Below, piece after piece: positions 63,252 through 64,000 of a stretch of DNA of 64,000 nucleotides. The stretch spans positions 288,001 through 352,000 of the forward strand of contig CBDIIB010000003.1 of assembly GCA_965279525.1 (NCBI GenBank). Direction: 5' to 3'. Each line of letters begins with the position of its first letter. The first letter of the stretch is position 1. The notes below the pieces were generated by a model that saw only the letters and a list, made by a program, of their open reading frames with translations, was not told the DNA's origin and searched no databases. The DNA comes from Tagaea sp. (GTDB lineage: Bacteria > Pseudomonadota > Alphaproteobacteria > CACIAM-22H2). The position numbers and the translations under genes were made by a program.

Positions 63252-63884
63252 ATGCCGACAACCACGACACTGATCGCCTTTGCCGCCGTGTGTCTCGGCA
63301 TGGTGCTCACGCCAGGCCCCAACATGGTCTATCTGATTTCGCGTTCGCTCAGCCAGGGGCCGATGGCTGGCGTCATCTCGCTGGGCGGCGTCATCCTCGG
63401 CTTCGTCTTCTACGTCTTGAGCGCGGCGCTCGGATTCTCGGCACTCATCCTGACCGTGCCGATCGCCTATGACGTGCTGCGCTTCGGCGGCGCCATCTAC
63501 CTCCTCTGGCTGGCATGGCAGTCGCTGAAGCCCGGCGGGAGATCGCCGTTCCAGGTGCAGACGCTTCCCTACGATCCGCCACGCAAGCTGTTCGCGATGG
63601 GCTTCCTGACCAACCTGCTCAATCCCAAGGTAGCGATGCTCTATCTGTCGCTGTTTCCGCAATTCATCGACACGACGCGCGACGACGTGCTGGTGCAGTC
63701 GCTCGTGCTTGGCGGCCTGCATATGTGCGTCAGCTTCGTCGGCAATCTGACATTCGCGCTGACCGCCGGCGCCCTGTCCGTCTTCCTCGCCAGACGGCCA
63801 ACATGGCTGCTCGTCCAGCGCTGGCTGATGGGGCTCGTGCTGGGCGGACTTGCCATCCGGATGGCAATGGAAAGCCGCCGCTAG
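63252..63884 (+). CDS. LysE/RhtB family translocator
   Basis: TPGPNMVY, GAIYLLWLAW and GFLTNLLNPK. Confidence 0.92.
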   Translation: MPTTTTLIAFAAVCLGMVLTPGPNMVYLISRSLSQGPMAGVISLGGVILGFVFYVLSAALGFSALILTVPIAYDVLRFGGAIYLLWLAWQSLKPGGRSPFQVQTLPYDPPRKLFAMGFLTNLLNPKVAMLYLSLFPQFIDTTRDDVLVQSLVLGGLHMCVSFVGNLTFALTAGALSVFLARRPTWLLVQRWLMGLVLGGLAIRMAMESRR

Positions 63885-64000
63885 ACCTCGGAACTGCCGT
63901 AATAGAGCGTCACCGCATGCTTCGCTTCGGCGAAGAACAGCCAGCGTTCGACCAGCGTACCCGCGATGCCGAAGATCGCCGCCATTGCCGCCGCGAACGC
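63881..64000 (-). CDS. 3' end of a DmsC/YnfH-family molybdoenzyme membrane anchor (partial)
   Basis: Minus strand reads ...GTLVERWLFFAEAKHAVTLYYGSSEV*; ERWLFF is the DmsC-like C-terminal motif. Confidence 0.7.
   Translation of the reverse strand, partial: AFAAAMAAIFGIAGTLVERWLFFAEAKHAVTLYYGSSEV

Overview
High-GC alphaproteobacterial chromosome segment (glyQ-glyS-ppdK synteny; probably Rhodospirillales-like, inferred). In order it contains: (1) a GntR-controlled sugar-acid catabolic cluster (lactonase, glucarate-dehydratase-like enolase, family-5 ABC importer, second enolase, RraA-like protein, Gfo dehydrogenase) with two copies of a palindromic operator; (2) a REC-EAL / CHASE3-PAS hybrid kinase pair; (3) a type I secretion locus (HlyD plus two ABC subunits with complementary degenerate ATPase motifs, with a third enolase-family gene at its end) divergent from a ~3,090-aa adhesin carrying 7 Ig/cadherin-like repeats and 22 RTX modules; (4) a dgcN-dgcA / D-aminoacylase / SBP D-amino-acid cluster; (5) glyQS, ppdK (with a ~105-aa basic tail), HIT and ygfZ; (6) an LPS glycosyltransferase-asnB-TauE-pyrC run; (7) a stray phage-CII-like gene, thiolase, small proteins and tRNA-Thr(GGT); (8) leuA with a probable leaderless leader peptide; (9) an NMT1-type SBP, amidohydrolase and LysE behind a sigma54-like promoter, then the 3' end of a DmsC-family gene. 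No CRISPR, rRNA, transposase or integrase was seen. All calls come from motif recognition by eye; no database searches were run.
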